Shown here piece by piece: positions 52,299-63,230 of a DNA stretch of 64,000 bases. Made by a program: the position numbers and the translations under genes. This DNA is from Alphaproteobacteria bacterium. GTDB lineage: Bacteria > Pseudomonadota > Alphaproteobacteria > UBA6615. Position 1 is the stretch's first letter; each line of letters opens with the position of its first letter. The DNA lies in NCBI GenBank assembly GCA_038117045.1, contig JAYOFE010000009.1:78086-142085 (forward strand), written 5' to 3'. Under the pieces are notes generated by a model. That model saw only the letters and a program-made list of their open reading frames with translations. It made no database searches and was not told where the DNA came from.

Positions 52299-54239
52299 CT
52301 AGGCGGTTCCCGCAACCTGCGACTGCCGCGGCGCAACCCCCGAGGGGAAGCAGCGCGCCAGTCCGGCCTCGATAATCTGGCGCAGGAAATCGGCATAGGT
52401 CATGCCCGCCATCTCCGCCATCAGGTTCATCTTGCCGTCCCAGCACCAGCCCGGATTGGGGTTCACTTCGAGCAGCTTGATCGTGCCTTCAGCATCCGCG
52501 CGGAAGTCGAAGCGGGCGTAATCCCTGCACTCCAGACGGTCGAACAGCTTGATGGACATGTCGATCAGAAGGCGGCGGGTATCCTCGTCGATCTGCGCTT
52601 CGCGGTAACAGATCGTCGTCCAGTAGGGCGAGTCAGGATCCCATTTGGATTCGTAGCTCAGGATCTTCGGCAGGTCGCCGGGCAGCCGCGCGTAGTCCAC
52701 CTCGAGCACAGGGAGCGCTGTCAGCTGCTGGCCGGGGTTGCCGACAAGGCCGACGGTATATTCCGCGCCGGACAGGAACTCCTGCACCAGCACCGGTCGG
52801 CCGGGCACCAGTTCGCGCAGGTAGGTCAGGTAGGCCGAGGCCTCCGCCGCATCGCGGACCAGCGCGTTCTGGGTGATGCCTATGGAACTGTCACCGAGCG
52901 CCGGCTTGATGAAGGCCGGGAAGATCGACGGCAGGCTGGCGCCCACGTCATCCGGGCTGCAATAGGTCTCCAGCGGCACCGGCACATCGATCGACGCAGC
53001 CGCAGATCGCACAAGCGACTTGTTGTAGCAAATGCCCAGCGAGACCGGCCCTGCGCCCGAATACGGGATGTCGAGCGCTTCCAGATAGGCCGGGACATGC
53101 AACTCGTGCAGGGCATTGTTGCGATAGCCCTCGTCGCACAGATTGAACACGAATTCCGGGCGGTCTTTCGACAGGGATTCAAACAGGTGCGCGTGGTCGT
53201 CCCGGTACTCGAAGGTGTATCCCGGGAGTGTTGCCAGCGCATCCTTGAGGCGGGCGACGGTGTCCATATCGAGTTCGTTGAACTCGCCCTCCAGCTTCAC
53301 ATCGTCCGGCAGGCCGGGGTCACCCAACAGCACCGTGACCCGGCCGACGGGATGACGAGCGGCGCTCACATGGCCCGGCACCGAACGAGCCGACAGCAGG
53401 ATGCGTGCGCTCATCATGCCGAGGTCCTGGCCGTGGCTGGAATCCGCATGCAGTGCTGTATGCACGTGCACGTCGGCGAATCCCGAACCTTCGAGGAGCT
53501 TCGTGATGGCCTCTACGTTGTAGAGGCGTTCCGCATAAAACTGGTCGGCGATCACACCCTTCTCGGCATGGACCACCACCTCGCGCGAGATCAGCCGGTC
53601 GCCGTTTTCGGACAGGCTTCGCTCACGGCAGACGAACTGGTTTTCGTCGATCCACTCCCACGAGCGCGGCTCATAGTTCGCACGCATCCAGTCGCCGTCC
53701 GTCAGGTCGAGGACCAGCTTGCCGTCCGCCGCAAGGGCGCGATGCACCCGCTCAAGAACCGCACGGTCGTCATCCGACACGTCGAAATAGCCAAAGGAGT
53801 TTCCCATGATCGCCACGCAGTCATAGGGCTCGCGTGGCAGCCGGAACCTGCGCCCGTCGCCTTCGTGGAACGAGACCGGCAGGTTCATCGAACGTGCGCG
53901 ACGGCGCGCAAGGCGGATCAGGTAGCGAGAGCGGTCTATGCCGGTGACATGGGCAAAGCCCCGACGGGCCAACTCAATCGAATGGCGCCCCTGGCCGCAA
54001 CACAGGTCGAGTATGCGGTCCTCGGGTTTCAGGCCGGCCGCTTCTACCAGCGCCGAGACCTCCGCCTCGGTGTTGGCGTTGTTTTCGACCACATCGCCAT
54101 CGGTTTTCAGATAGAGCGCCGAGAACAGCGTACGCCACCACTCGGACGGCAGATGGTTCTCGAGATTGGAGATGGGTCCGAGCGTACGTTTTCCGCCACC
54201 GGCCCCGGCATGCGCGTTCGCGCCCGCCGGTTCTGTCAT
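52299..54239 (-). CDS. fusion protein: class I SAM-dependent methyltransferase (N-terminal) plus D-Ala-D-Ala-ligase-like ATP-grasp domain (C-terminal)
   Basis: 646 aa. The MT motif I ILDLCCGQGRHSIELARRG and post-I region are present, and a ~200-aa linker follows. The ATP-grasp core carries RDYARFDFRADAEGTIKLLEVNPNPGW, which has the form of the Ddl C-terminal Mg/ATP site. Confidence 0.6.
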   Translation of the reverse strand: MTEPAGANAHAGAGGGKRTLGPISNLENHLPSEWWRTLFSALYLKTDGDVVENNANTEAEVSALVEAAGLKPEDRILDLCCGQGRHSIELARRGFAHVTGIDRSRYLIRLARRRARSMNLPVSFHEGDGRRFRLPREPYDCVAIMGNSFGYFDVSDDDRAVLERVHRALAADGKLVLDLTDGDWMRANYEPRSWEWIDENQFVCRERSLSENGDRLISREVVVHAEKGVIADQFYAERLYNVEAITKLLEGSGFADVHVHTALHADSSHGQDLGMMSARILLSARSVPGHVSAARHPVGRVTVLLGDPGLPDDVKLEGEFNELDMDTVARLKDALATLPGYTFEYRDDHAHLFESLSKDRPEFVFNLCDEGYRNNALHELHVPAYLEALDIPYSGAGPVSLGICYNKSLVRSAAASIDVPVPLETYCSPDDVGASLPSIFPAFIKPALGDSSIGITQNALVRDAAEASAYLTYLRELVPGRPVLVQEFLSGAEYTVGLVGNPGQQLTALPVLEVDYARLPGDLPKILSYESKWDPDSPYWTTICYREAQIDEDTRRLLIDMSIKLFDRLECRDYARFDFRADAEGTIKLLEVNPNPGWCWDGKMNLMAEMAGMTYADFLRQIIEAGLARCFPSGVAPRQSQVAGTA

Positions 54240-54432
54240 ATTCGGTCTGGCCCCAAAACGAAGCCGGACATGGGCCCGGACTTCGGAGTTGTCCTGCCCG
54301 CGGGCGCCATGCCGCGCGGACTCTCCCTGGCGGGCCGCTGGGAAATCAGGGCCAGACGGACCGTTGCGAAGCGCAAACTAGTTGCGCCCGGTGATGCATG
54401 ATTTCAAGGGATTATTGTGGCCCGGGCAAAAA

Positions 54433-55164
54433 TCAGCTGAACAGGCTGGCCTCACCGCTCGCGATCCGGTCATACGAGAGCACGACATCAGGGTCCGCCT
54501 GGCATTTCTCGTCTTCCCGGCCGCCGTATTCGAGCCGCGAGAGCATGTCCTGGATGAGGCTGAGACGCGCAACGCGCTTGTCGTCGGTCTTGATGACCGT
54601 CCAGGGCGCAAAGGACCTGTGCGTGGCGGCCAGCATCGAGTCCCGAGCTGCGCTGTAGGCATCCCAGTTGGCCTGAGCCTGTTCGTCCACCGGGCTGATC
54701 TTCCACTGCTTCAGGGGATCGACACGCCGCGCCTCAAGGCGGTCGCGCTGCTCCTTCTTCGAGATATCCAGATAGTACTTGAACAGGCAGATGCCGTTTT
54801 CCACCAGGTTACGCTCGAAGTCCTGCACCGTCTCCATGAACACCTGGTATTCGTGATCCGAGCAGAACCCCATCACCCGCTCGACACCCGCGCGGTTGTA
54901 CCAGGAGCGGTTGAACAGCACGATCTCGCCAATGGCCGGCAGCTCGGCAACGTGGCGCTGATAGTACCAGCTCCGCCGCTCCCGGTCCGACGGCGCGCCC
55001 AGCGCAACAATGCGGGTATCGCGCGGGCTCATATGTGCGGTGATGCGCTTGATCAGCCCGTCCTTGCCCGCCGCATCGCGGCCTTCAAGGATCACCAGCA
55101 CCCCGACGCTATCGGCAATGACGTGACGCTGGAACTTGACCAGCTCGACCTGAAGGTCATGCAA
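54433..55164 (-). CDS. ppk2: polyphosphate kinase 2 family protein
   Basis: LQVELVKFQ is followed by Walker A-like GRDAAGKDG and the PPK2 lid. The start shown is a TTG. The frame is open further upstream but encodes only an Arg-rich tract overlapping the oxoprolinase 3' end, so the start is uncertain. Confidence 0.75.
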   Translation of the reverse strand: MHDLQVELVKFQRHVIADSVGVLVILEGRDAAGKDGLIKRITAHMSPRDTRIVALGAPSDRERRSWYYQRHVAELPAIGEIVLFNRSWYNRAGVERVMGFCSDHEYQVFMETVQDFERNLVENGICLFKYYLDISKKEQRDRLEARRVDPLKQWKISPVDEQAQANWDAYSAARDSMLAATHRSFAPWTVIKTDDKRVARLSLIQDMLSRLEYGGREDEKCQADPDVVLSYDRIASGEASLFS

Positions 55165-55202
55165 CTGGGCCTGATAGAGCTTCTTGTCGATGGGACCGCT
55201 CC

Positions 55203-58200
55203 TTACTCTGGTGCGCCGAACCCGCCGCCGCCAGGCGTCTCGATCACGAACACATCGCCGAGCCCGGCCTGTACACGATCTGTCGCGGTCATTTCCACAC
55301 GCGAGCCGTCGGTGCGCTCCAGCCAGTTGCGGCCCGCCGCGCCCGGACTGCCGCCGTTGAGGCCGTAGGGCGGAATCTTGCGCCGGTTGGCCAGCATCAT
55401 CACGTCCATATCTTCAAGGAAGCGGACGCGCCGGCGCACGCCGTCGCCGCCGTGATGCGCGCCGGCCCCACCGGAACCATCCCGGATCTCGAAGCTCTCC
55501 AGCAGCACCGGGAACCGCCATTCGAGGATTTCCGGGTCGGTGAGCCGGGAATTGGTCATGTGGGTGTGGACCGCCGAAGTGCCGTCGAAGTCCGGCCCCG
55601 CGCCCGCACCGCCACAGATGGTCTCGTAGTACTGGTGGCGGGCGTTGCCGAAGGTGAAGTTGTTCATCGTGCCCTGCGCCGCCGCCATGACACCCAGCGC
55701 ACCGTAGAGGGAATCGGTGATTGCCTGGCTGGTCTCCACATTGCCCGCGACCACGGCCGCCGGATAGACGGGTGCCAGCATGGAGCCCTCGGGGATCACG
55801 ATCTCGATGGGTTTCAGGCACCCCTCGTTCATCGGGATATCGTCATCGACCAGCGTGCGGAAGACATAGAGAACTGCCGCCCTGGCAATCGCCGTCGGCG
55901 CATTGAAGTTGCTGTCGAGCTGGTCGCTTGTGCCGGTGAAATCGACCTTTGCCGAACGCGACGCGCGGTCGATCGACACGCGCACACGGATCTCGGCCCC
56001 ATTGTCCAGCGCGTAGGTGAATTCGCCGTCTTTCAGCACATCAATCACCCGGCGCACGGATTCCTCGGCGTTGTCCTGCACGTGGCGCATATAGGCGTGG
56101 ACCGTCTCCAACCCGAACTGCTCGACCATGCGCCGCAACTCGGCGACACCCTTCTCATTGGCCGCGATCTGGGCCTGCAGGTCGGCGACGTTCTGGTCGG
56201 GGTTGCGCGACGGATAGGCGCCGGATGCCAGCAGCTCGCGGAACGCGTCCTCACGGAAGGTTCCGCGGTCCACTGCCTTGAAGTTGTCGATCAGGACACC
56301 CTCGTCCTCGATCACCTTCGAATCCGGCGGCATGGAGCCGGGTGAGATGCCGCCGATATCGGCGTGATGCCCACGGCTGCCGACATAGAACAGGATATCG
56401 CCCCCGTCCCCGAAGACCGGGGTTATGACGGTGACGTCCGGCAGGTGGGTGCCGCCGTTATAGGGGGCATTCAGGACATAGACGTCGCCGGGCGACATCT
56501 TCCCGGCGTTGTTGCGGATGACGGCGCGGATACTCTCGGACATGGAGCCGAGATGGACCGGCATGTGCGGTGCATTGGCGACGAGGTTGCCGTCGGGATC
56601 GAAGATCGCGCAGGAGAAATCCAGACGCTCCTTGATGTTCACCGAGTAAGCCGTGTTCTGGAGCGTCACGCCCATCTGCTCGGCGATGGACATGTAGAGG
56701 TTGTTGAACACCTCCAGCATCACGGGATCGACCTGGGTGCCGATGGCGGCATCGCGCCTGGCGGCGACGACGCGTTCCAGCACAAGATCGCCGCGCTCGG
56801 TCATGGTCGCCCGCCAGCCGGGCTCGATGACGGTGGTCGCCACGGCCTCGCTGATGATCGCAGGTCCGTCAATGGACGCACCAGCGGCCAGTGCCTCGCG
56901 TTCATAGACAGGCGTCCTGTGCGCCCGCCCGCCCATATGGGCCTCGACCTCCGCGACGACGCGGGGTTCGCCGGTCGCAACGAGCGGCAGGCTGTCACCC
57001 TTCGCGCTCTCGTCGGATTCACCGATAGCCTCGACCGCCGCCGTCTCCACAATCAGCCGTTTCTCGGGCATCACGAAGCCATAACGCAGGCGGTGCAGGT
57101 TCGCGAACTGGCCCGCCATCTCCCCGGCGGTTCCAAACTCGACTTCCAGCGACGTGTCGGTGCCCTCGTAGCGCAGGTGCAGGCGCCTGCGCACGGAGAT
57201 GCGTTCGTCTGGCATACCCTGTCCAGCGACTTCCTTGCGCGCGGATGCGCCCAGTTGGTCGAGCAGATCCGTGACGTCGGCGGACACTTCGTCGCCCAGC
57301 GGCGATTCTACCGACTGCTCACGGAGGGCGCGGATGTCGGCAAGACCCATGCCGTAGGCCGACAGCACACCGGCAAAGGGATGCAGCAGCACCTTCGTCA
57401 TGCCCAGCGCATCCGCCACGAGGCAGGCATGCTGGCCCGCCGCACCGCCGAAGGCACAGAGCGTATATTTCGTGACGTCGTAGCCGCGCTGGACCGAGAT
57501 CTTCTTGATGGCGTTTGCCATGTTCTCAACCGCGATCTTCAGGAAGCCGTCGGCAACCTCGACCGGGTCGCGGGTGTCACCGGTTGCTGCACGGATGTCC
57601 TCTGTCAGCGCCGCGAACTTCTCGCGCACCACCGCAGCATCCAGGGGGGACGCCTGCTCCGGACCGAACACCGCAGGGAAATGTTCCGGCTGCAGCTTGC
57701 CCAGCATCACATTGCAGTCGGTCACCGTCAGCGGACCGCCCTTGCCGTAGCTGGCCGGGCCCGGGTCCGCGCCAGCGCTTTCCGGCCCCACGCGATAGCG
57801 CGCGCCATCGAAGAAACAGATGGAGCCTCCGCCCGCCGCCACAGTGTGGATCTGCATCATGGGCGCGCGCATGCGTACGCCCGCCACCAGTGTCTCGAAG
57901 GCGCGCTCGAACTCGCCATTGTAATGGGTCACGTCGGTGGACGTGCCGCCCATGTCGAAGCCGATCATGCGGTCGAAGCCGGCCGCCTCGCTGACCTGCA
58001 CCGCCCCGACCACGCCGCCCGCCGGGCCGGACAGGATCGCATCCTTGCCCTGGAACATGCGCGCGTCGGTCAGCCCGCCATTCGACTGCATGAACATCAG
58101 GTTCACATCGCCCAGGTCGTCGGCCACACGGTCCACATAACGCCTCAGGATCGGCGAAAGGTAGGCATCGACGACCGTAGTGTCGCCACGGCCCACCAGC

Positions 58201-58823
58201 TTGATCAGGGGGCTGGTCTCGTGGCTGACGGAAATCTGGGTGAAGCCGATGTCGCGCGCGATCTGGGCGCAGGCCTTCTCGTGGTCCGGTACCCGGTAGC
58301 CGTGCATGAAGGCGATCGCCACGGCGCGGATGCCGTCGTCATAGGCGGCCTGCAGCGCGGCGCGTGCGCCGTCGGCGTCGAACGGAACGAGCACCTCATC
58401 CTGGGCATTCACACGCTCGTCAATCTCGACCACCCGCTCATAGAGCAGTTCGGGCAGGATGATGTTCCGGTCGAACAGGCGCGGGCGCGCCTGGTAGCCG
58501 ATGCGCAGCGCATCGCGGAACCCGAGCGTGGTCGCCAGCAGGGTCCGGTCACCCTTGCGTTCCAGCAGCGCGTTGGTGGCAACGGTCGTGCCCATCTTTA
58601 CCGCGCCGATCTTCTCCGACGGGATCGGGTCACCATCGGCCAGGCCCAGCAGGTCACGGATGCCCTGTACGGCCGCGTCGTCGTAGTGCTCCGGGTTGAC
58701 CGACAGCAGCTTGTGGGTGCGCAGCGAGCCGTCCGGCGCACGCCCGACGATGTCGGTGAACGTGCCGCCCCGGTCGATCCAGAAATGCCAGAGGTTGCCT
58801 GAAGTCTGGTTGTCCGCACTCAT
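55203..58823 (-). CDS. fused hydantoinase A/B (ATP-dependent 5-oxoprolinase-like, OPLAH-type)
   Basis: About 1206 aa from [32 protein letters not shown].... Hydantoinase_A_N, HyuA and HyuB domains are in one polypeptide, as in eukaryotic 5-oxoprolinase. Confidence 0.85.
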   Translation of the reverse strand: MSADNQTSGNLWHFWIDRGGTFTDIVGRAPDGSLRTHKLLSVNPEHYDDAAVQGIRDLLGLADGDPIPSEKIGAVKMGTTVATNALLERKGDRTLLATTLGFRDALRIGYQARPRLFDRNIILPELLYERVVEIDERVNAQDEVLVPFDADGARAALQAAYDDGIRAVAIAFMHGYRVPDHEKACAQIARDIGFTQISVSHETSPLIKLVGRGDTTVVDAYLSPILRRYVDRVADDLGDVNLMFMQSNGGLTDARMFQGKDAILSGPAGGVVGAVQVSEAAGFDRMIGFDMGGTSTDVTHYNGEFERAFETLVAGVRMRAPMMQIHTVAAGGGSICFFDGARYRVGPESAGADPGPASYGKGGPLTVTDCNVMLGKLQPEHFPAVFGPEQASPLDAAVVREKFAALTEDIRAATGDTRDPVEVADGFLKIAVENMANAIKKISVQRGYDVTKYTLCAFGGAAGQHACLVADALGMTKVLLHPFAGVLSAYGMGLADIRALREQSVESPLGDEVSADVTDLLDQLGASARKEVAGQGMPDERISVRRRLHLRYEGTDTSLEVEFGTAGEMAGQFANLHRLRYGFVMPEKRLIVETAAVEAIGESDESAKGDSLPLVATGEPRVVAEVEAHMGGRAHRTPVYEREALAAGASIDGPAIISEAVATTVIEPGWRATMTERGDLVLERVVAARRDAAIGTQVDPVMLEVFNNLYMSIAEQMGVTLQNTAYSVNIKERLDFSCAIFDPDGNLVANAPHMPVHLGSMSESIRAVIRNNAGKMSPGDVYVLNAPYNGGTHLPDVTVITPVFGDGGDILFYVGSRGHHADIGGISPGSMPPDSKVIEDEGVLIDNFKAVDRGTFREDAFRELLASGAYPSRNPDQNVADLQAQIAANEKGVAELRRMVEQFGLETVHAYMRHVQDNAEESVRRVIDVLKDGEFTYALDNGAEIRVRVSIDRASRSAKVDFTGTSDQLDSNFNAPTAIARAAVLYVFRTLVDDDIPMNEGCLKPIEIVIPEGSMLAPVYPAAVVAGNVETSQAITDSLYGALGVMAAAQGTMNNFTFGNARHQYYETICGGAGAGPDFDGTSAVHTHMTNSRLTDPEILEWRFPVLLESFEIRDGSGGAGAHHGGDGVRRRVRFLEDMDVMMLANRRKIPPYGLNGGSPGAAGRNWLERTDGSRVEMTATDRVQAGLGDVFVIETPGGGGFGAPE

Positions 58824-58973
58824 AGAAACACACCTTGTAGAGCCGACCCCGAGACTGGTTTTTTGCGCTGCAAAAGTCAAAAGCAGCGAGCCCGAAATAC
58901 AAAGAGCGGATATGGCTGTCTCGCCTTATCCGCTCTTGCCCGCGAATTCACGGGTACGTTCAAGCTGCCCGGT

Positions 58974-59372
58974 TCAGGGATACTTCTTGCTGGAACGCGC
59001 GCGCGCCAGCGTGTCGCCATCCGCATTGCGCACCCGTGCACTCCACTCGTAGGTGTGCGAACCGCTCGGGGGGCATGGGCTCTGGTAGGAAAACGCACCC
59101 GGCTGGATCACGTCTCCACCCGAATAGTCTGCCGAGCCGCCCCCATGGTTGTAATTGGGAACATCGAGATCGGTCAGCGAGAAGCGGATTTCCTTGGTGC
59201 CCTCCGGCACGTTCTTCAATGTGAAGATCGGGTTGTCCACCCGGTTGGGATAGCCGGTATTGCAGAGGGGGATATCTCCCCATTCAAAGGTGAAGGCGAA
59301 ATCGTCTGCGCTCGCAGCTGGCGCGGCGGCTCCGAGGATTACTGCTGCACCGAGAAGAGTGCGTAACTTCAT
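58974..59372 (-). CDS. secreted YbhB/YbcL (PEBP/Raf-kinase-inhibitor-like) family protein
   Basis: 132 aa with a signal peptide MKLRTLLGAAVILGAAAPAASA. The PEBP-like segments VPEGTKEIRFSLTDLDVPNYNHGG and HTYEW are present. The longer annotated ORF (437 aa) runs antisense through djlA and is not credible. Confidence 0.55.
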   Translation of the reverse strand: MKLRTLLGAAVILGAAAPAASADDFAFTFEWGDIPLCNTGYPNRVDNPIFTLKNVPEGTKEIRFSLTDLDVPNYNHGGGSADYSGGDVIQPGAFSYQSPCPPSGSHTYEWSARVRNADGDTLARARSSKKYP

Positions 59373-59567
59373 GCGGTTTTCCCTTTCAAAACAAAGGCCC
59401 ATTCCGGACCCACCCGGCATGGCGGCATCAACTGGCGGCCGGCGCCAACCACTCGGTGCACTCTTCCCGAAAACTTGACCAGCGCACTTCCGCTGCGGAT
59501 GCCGCCGCCGGGGTATATCTGCGGGACAGCGTTTCGCCCGACGCGCGTTTCCGCTAAACATTGCGCC

Positions 59568-60302
59568 ATGAGTATCTGGGGCAAGGTTATCGGCGGCACG
59601 GCCGGGTTCGTGATCGGCGGTCCGCTGGGTGCGCTGATCGGCGCCGGAGCGGGTCACCTGTACGACAAGGCGCGCGAAAGCGCGGCTGGATCGGCTGACA
59701 GCGACCCCACGAAGCAGGTCGGCTTCACCATCGCCGTCATCGCGCTGGGCGCGAAACTGGCGAAGGCCGACGGCGTGGTGACTCCTGACGAGATTCGCGC
59801 CTTCCGCCGGGTGTTCAAGGTCGCGCCGGAGGAAGCCCAGAACGTCGCGAAGGTCTTCAACCTCGCCCGCAAGTCGACCGCAGGCTACGAAGCCTATGCG
59901 CGCCAGGTCTCGGGCATGTTCGCCGACAATCCGGCTGTTCTCGAGGAACTGCTGAACTGCCTGTTCCACATCGCGCTGGCCGACGGCGTCGTGCATGACG
60001 AGGAACTGGCCTACCTGAAGAACGTCTCGGCCATCTTCGGGTTTAACGAAACCGATTTCGCGCGAATCCGCGAACAGAACATGGGTCCCGACGAGGCCGA
60101 CCCCTACACGGTTCTCGGCATATCCCATGATGCGGACAACGACACCGTCAAATCCACCTACCGGAAACTGGTGCGCGAGAACCATCCCGACGCACTGATC
60201 GCGCAAGGCATGCCGGAAGAGTTCGTCGAGGTCGCGAACGACAAGCTGGCGGCGATCAACGCGGCGTATGACCGGATCAGCGCCCAACGGGGCATTCGCT
60301 GA
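59568..60302 (+). CDS. djlA: co-chaperone DjlA (TerB-like domain plus C-terminal J domain)
   Basis: About 244 aa from MSIWGKVIGGTAGFVIGGPLGALIGAGAG, an N-terminal TM segment. A TerB-like middle domain follows. The C-terminal J domain reads DPYTVLGISHDADNDTVKSTYRKLVRENHPD. Confidence 0.75.
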   Translation: MSIWGKVIGGTAGFVIGGPLGALIGAGAGHLYDKARESAAGSADSDPTKQVGFTIAVIALGAKLAKADGVVTPDEIRAFRRVFKVAPEEAQNVAKVFNLARKSTAGYEAYARQVSGMFADNPAVLEELLNCLFHIALADGVVHDEELAYLKNVSAIFGFNETDFARIREQNMGPDEADPYTVLGISHDADNDTVKSTYRKLVRENHPDALIAQGMPEEFVEVANDKLAAINAAYDRISAQRGIR

Positions 60303-60313
60303 CCGCGCGAACC

Positions 60314-62134
60314 ATGGCTTCCGCCCCTCCCCTTCTTGCCCTCAAGGATGCCGCCGTCAGCTTTGGTGGCACGCCGCTTTTTTCCGGCGCGGAACTGGCC
60401 GTCACGCCGGGGATGCGCGCTTGCCTCGTCGGCCGCAACGGATCCGGCAAATCGACCATCATGAAGGTACTGGCCGGGATCATCGTGCCCGATGCCGGTG
60501 AACTCTATATCGAGCCGGGCCTGACCATCGGCTACCTGCCCCAGGATGTTCCGTTCGTCTCGGGCCAGACCGTGGCCGAATTTGTTGCCGGCAAGGACGG
60601 CGCGCCCCGGCATGAGGTCGATGCCGCCCTGTCACGGGTCGATATCGACTGCGACCGGCTGGGCAGCACCCTGTCCGGCGGTGAGGCACGCCGCGCGGCA
60701 CTCGCGCAGGCGATGCTGGCCGACCCGGATGTGCTGTTGCTGGATGAGCCGACCAATCATTTGGACCTGCCGACCATCGAATGGCTGGAACGCGACCTTG
60801 TCGAACGCCGCAAGACCCTGATCGTCATCAGCCATGACCGTGCCTTCCTGGAAGCCGTTACGACAGACACCTTCTGGATGAGCCGGGGCGTGCTCCGCCA
60901 CAATGCGGCCGGTTACAGGAGCTTCGACGACTGGACCGAGAGCGTCGCCGAAGCCGAGGTGGCCGCCGCACGCAAGCTGGACCAGAAGCTGAAGGCCGAG
61001 GCGCGCTGGCTCGAGCGTGGCGTGACCGCGCGGCGGAAACGCAACCAGGGACGGCTGGCGAAGCTCGACCAGCTCCGCGCCCAGCGCAAGGCACTGCTGA
61101 CCGGCCAGCGGCTGGCCGAGTTCGAGCTGGACAGCGGACCGCTGTCCAGCCGGCTGGTGATCGAGTGCGAGAACCTCACCAAGTCCTATGGCGACCAGAA
61201 GATCGTCGATGGGTTTTCCACCCGCATCCTGCGCGGGGACCGGGTCGGCATCCTCGGCCCGAACGGTGCAGGCAAGACAACGCTTCTGAAGATCCTGATC
61301 GGCGAGGAGGAACGCGACAGCGGTCGCCTGCGGCAGGCGAAGAACCTGACCATGGCCTTCTTCGACCAGACCCGGGCCCAGCTCGATCCCCACGACACGC
61401 TCTGGCAGACGCTCGCTCCCCAGGGCGGAGATTCAATCAACGTGCGCGGCACGCAGCGCCATGTGGTGGCCTACCTGCGCGATTTCCTGTTTGACGAGAA
61501 GCAGGCCCGCGCACCGGTCGGCACCCTGTCGGGCGGCGAGCGCAACCGGCTCCTGCTCGCGAAGATCCTCGCCCAGCCGTCGAACCTGCTGGTGCTCGAC
61601 GAGCCGACCAACGACCTCGATGCCGATACACTGGACGTGCTGATCGACATGCTCGACAGCTATGACGGCACCGTATTGCTCGTCAGCCATGACCGCGACT
61701 TCCTGAACCGGATCGTCAGCTCGACCATCGCGGTCGAGGGCAACGGCGTGGTCGAGGAGTATCCCGGCGGCTATTCGGACTACTTGTCCCAGCGAAAGCG
61801 TGTTGCACGCGAGGCCGAGCGGGAGAAGGACCGGAAGAGACAGGCGGCACGGGCCGAGCCCAGGCCCGCCGCCCCGGCCCCGCCGAAGAAGCTGTCCTTC
61901 AAGGAGCAGCACGAACTGGAAAACCTGCCGGACCGGATTGCCGTGCTGGAAAGCGCAAAGGAAAAGCTGCAGTCGGTACTGGCCGATCCGAATCTCTACG
62001 CCCGGGACCGCAACACCTACGAGAACGCGGCGAAGAAGCTGGCGGAAGTCGAGACTGCCATCGGCGATGCCGAGGAGCGCTGGCTGGTTCTCGAAGCCCG
62101 GCGCGAGGAGTTGGCGCCGAAGGCCGCGTCGTGA
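60314..62134 (+). CDS. uup: ABC-F family ATPase (Uup-like, two ABC domains plus C-terminal coiled-coil)
   Basis: 606 aa. Two Walker A sites (GRNGSGKST and GPNGAGKTT) are separated by a linker. Two LSGGE signatures are present and a C-terminal basic coiled-coil domain follows. No TM domain is present. Confidence 0.85.
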   Translation: MASAPPLLALKDAAVSFGGTPLFSGAELAVTPGMRACLVGRNGSGKSTIMKVLAGIIVPDAGELYIEPGLTIGYLPQDVPFVSGQTVAEFVAGKDGAPRHEVDAALSRVDIDCDRLGSTLSGGEARRAALAQAMLADPDVLLLDEPTNHLDLPTIEWLERDLVERRKTLIVISHDRAFLEAVTTDTFWMSRGVLRHNAAGYRSFDDWTESVAEAEVAAARKLDQKLKAEARWLERGVTARRKRNQGRLAKLDQLRAQRKALLTGQRLAEFELDSGPLSSRLVIECENLTKSYGDQKIVDGFSTRILRGDRVGILGPNGAGKTTLLKILIGEEERDSGRLRQAKNLTMAFFDQTRAQLDPHDTLWQTLAPQGGDSINVRGTQRHVVAYLRDFLFDEKQARAPVGTLSGGERNRLLLAKILAQPSNLLVLDEPTNDLDADTLDVLIDMLDSYDGTVLLVSHDRDFLNRIVSSTIAVEGNGVVEEYPGGYSDYLSQRKRVAREAEREKDRKRQAARAEPRPAAPAPPKKLSFKEQHELENLPDRIAVLESAKEKLQSVLADPNLYARDRNTYENAAKKLAEVETAIGDAEERWLVLEARREELAPKAAS

Positions 62135-62853
62135 GCGGTCCCGATGTGATCACCGGGTTCCGCTCGCCGAACACCAACGCGCGCAAGCCCGAACGTGGGC
62201 TAGACCCGGTCATCGATACGCTGGTGATCCACTATACGGGCATGATGCCGACCGAACGCGCGCGAGACTGGCTGTGCGACCCGGCCTCGAAGGTGAGCGC
62301 CCACTACCTGATCGACGAGGACGGGACGACCTGGCGGCTGGTCGAGGAGGCCGAGCGCGCCTGGCATGCCGGCGTCGGCGCGTGGCGCGGCTGGCGCGAC
62401 ATCAACTCCCGTTCCATCGGCATCGAACTGTCGAACCCGGGACACGACTATGGCTACCGCGCCTTCCCGGACGCCCAGATCGCAGCGCTCATCGAACTGG
62501 GCAAGGCCATTCTCCGCCGGCACCCGATCCCCGCGCGTAATGTGGTTGCCCATTCGGACATTGCGCCTTCGCGCAAGATCGACCCGGGCGAACTGTTCCC
62601 GTGGCGCCACCTCGCCGAGGCCGGGATCGGGCTGTGGACCGACGCGGTGGCATATCCGGTCGCCGAAGCCGACGTCGCGTCGTATCTGCAGACCATCGGC
62701 TACGACACGGTGGATAACGACCTGCCGGTCGTCCTGTCGGCCTTCCAGCGCCGGTTCCGGCCGGAAAACTTTGACGGCCATCCTGACGAACAGGCCCGGG
62801 CCCGCCTCGCCGCCGTCCACGCACTGGTTGCGGAACGCGCCGGTTCGGCCTAA
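62131..62853 (+). CDS. ampD: N-acetylmuramoyl-L-alanine amidase (AmpD-like, amidase_2)
   Basis: 240 aa with the AmpD/PGRP zinc-amidase pattern (VIHYTGM ..., AHYLIDEDG, AWHAGVGAW, IGIEL, HSDIAP). It has a 4-bp overlap with the ABC-F stop. Confidence 0.8.
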   Translation: MSGPDVITGFRSPNTNARKPERGLDPVIDTLVIHYTGMMPTERARDWLCDPASKVSAHYLIDEDGTTWRLVEEAERAWHAGVGAWRGWRDINSRSIGIELSNPGHDYGYRAFPDAQIAALIELGKAILRRHPIPARNVVAHSDIAPSRKIDPGELFPWRHLAEAGIGLWTDAVAYPVAEADVASYLQTIGYDTVDNDLPVVLSAFQRRFRPENFDGHPDEQARARLAAVHALVAERAGSA

Positions 62854-62863
62854 TCGTTCGTCC

Positions 62864-63230
<367 letters not shown>

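Noticed and set aside
58974-60287. 437-aa minus-strand ORF annotated by the ORF finder
   Set aside because: Only the C-terminal 132 aa (signal peptide plus PEBP domain) are credible. The N-terminal 300 aa run antisense through djlA and are low-complexity.
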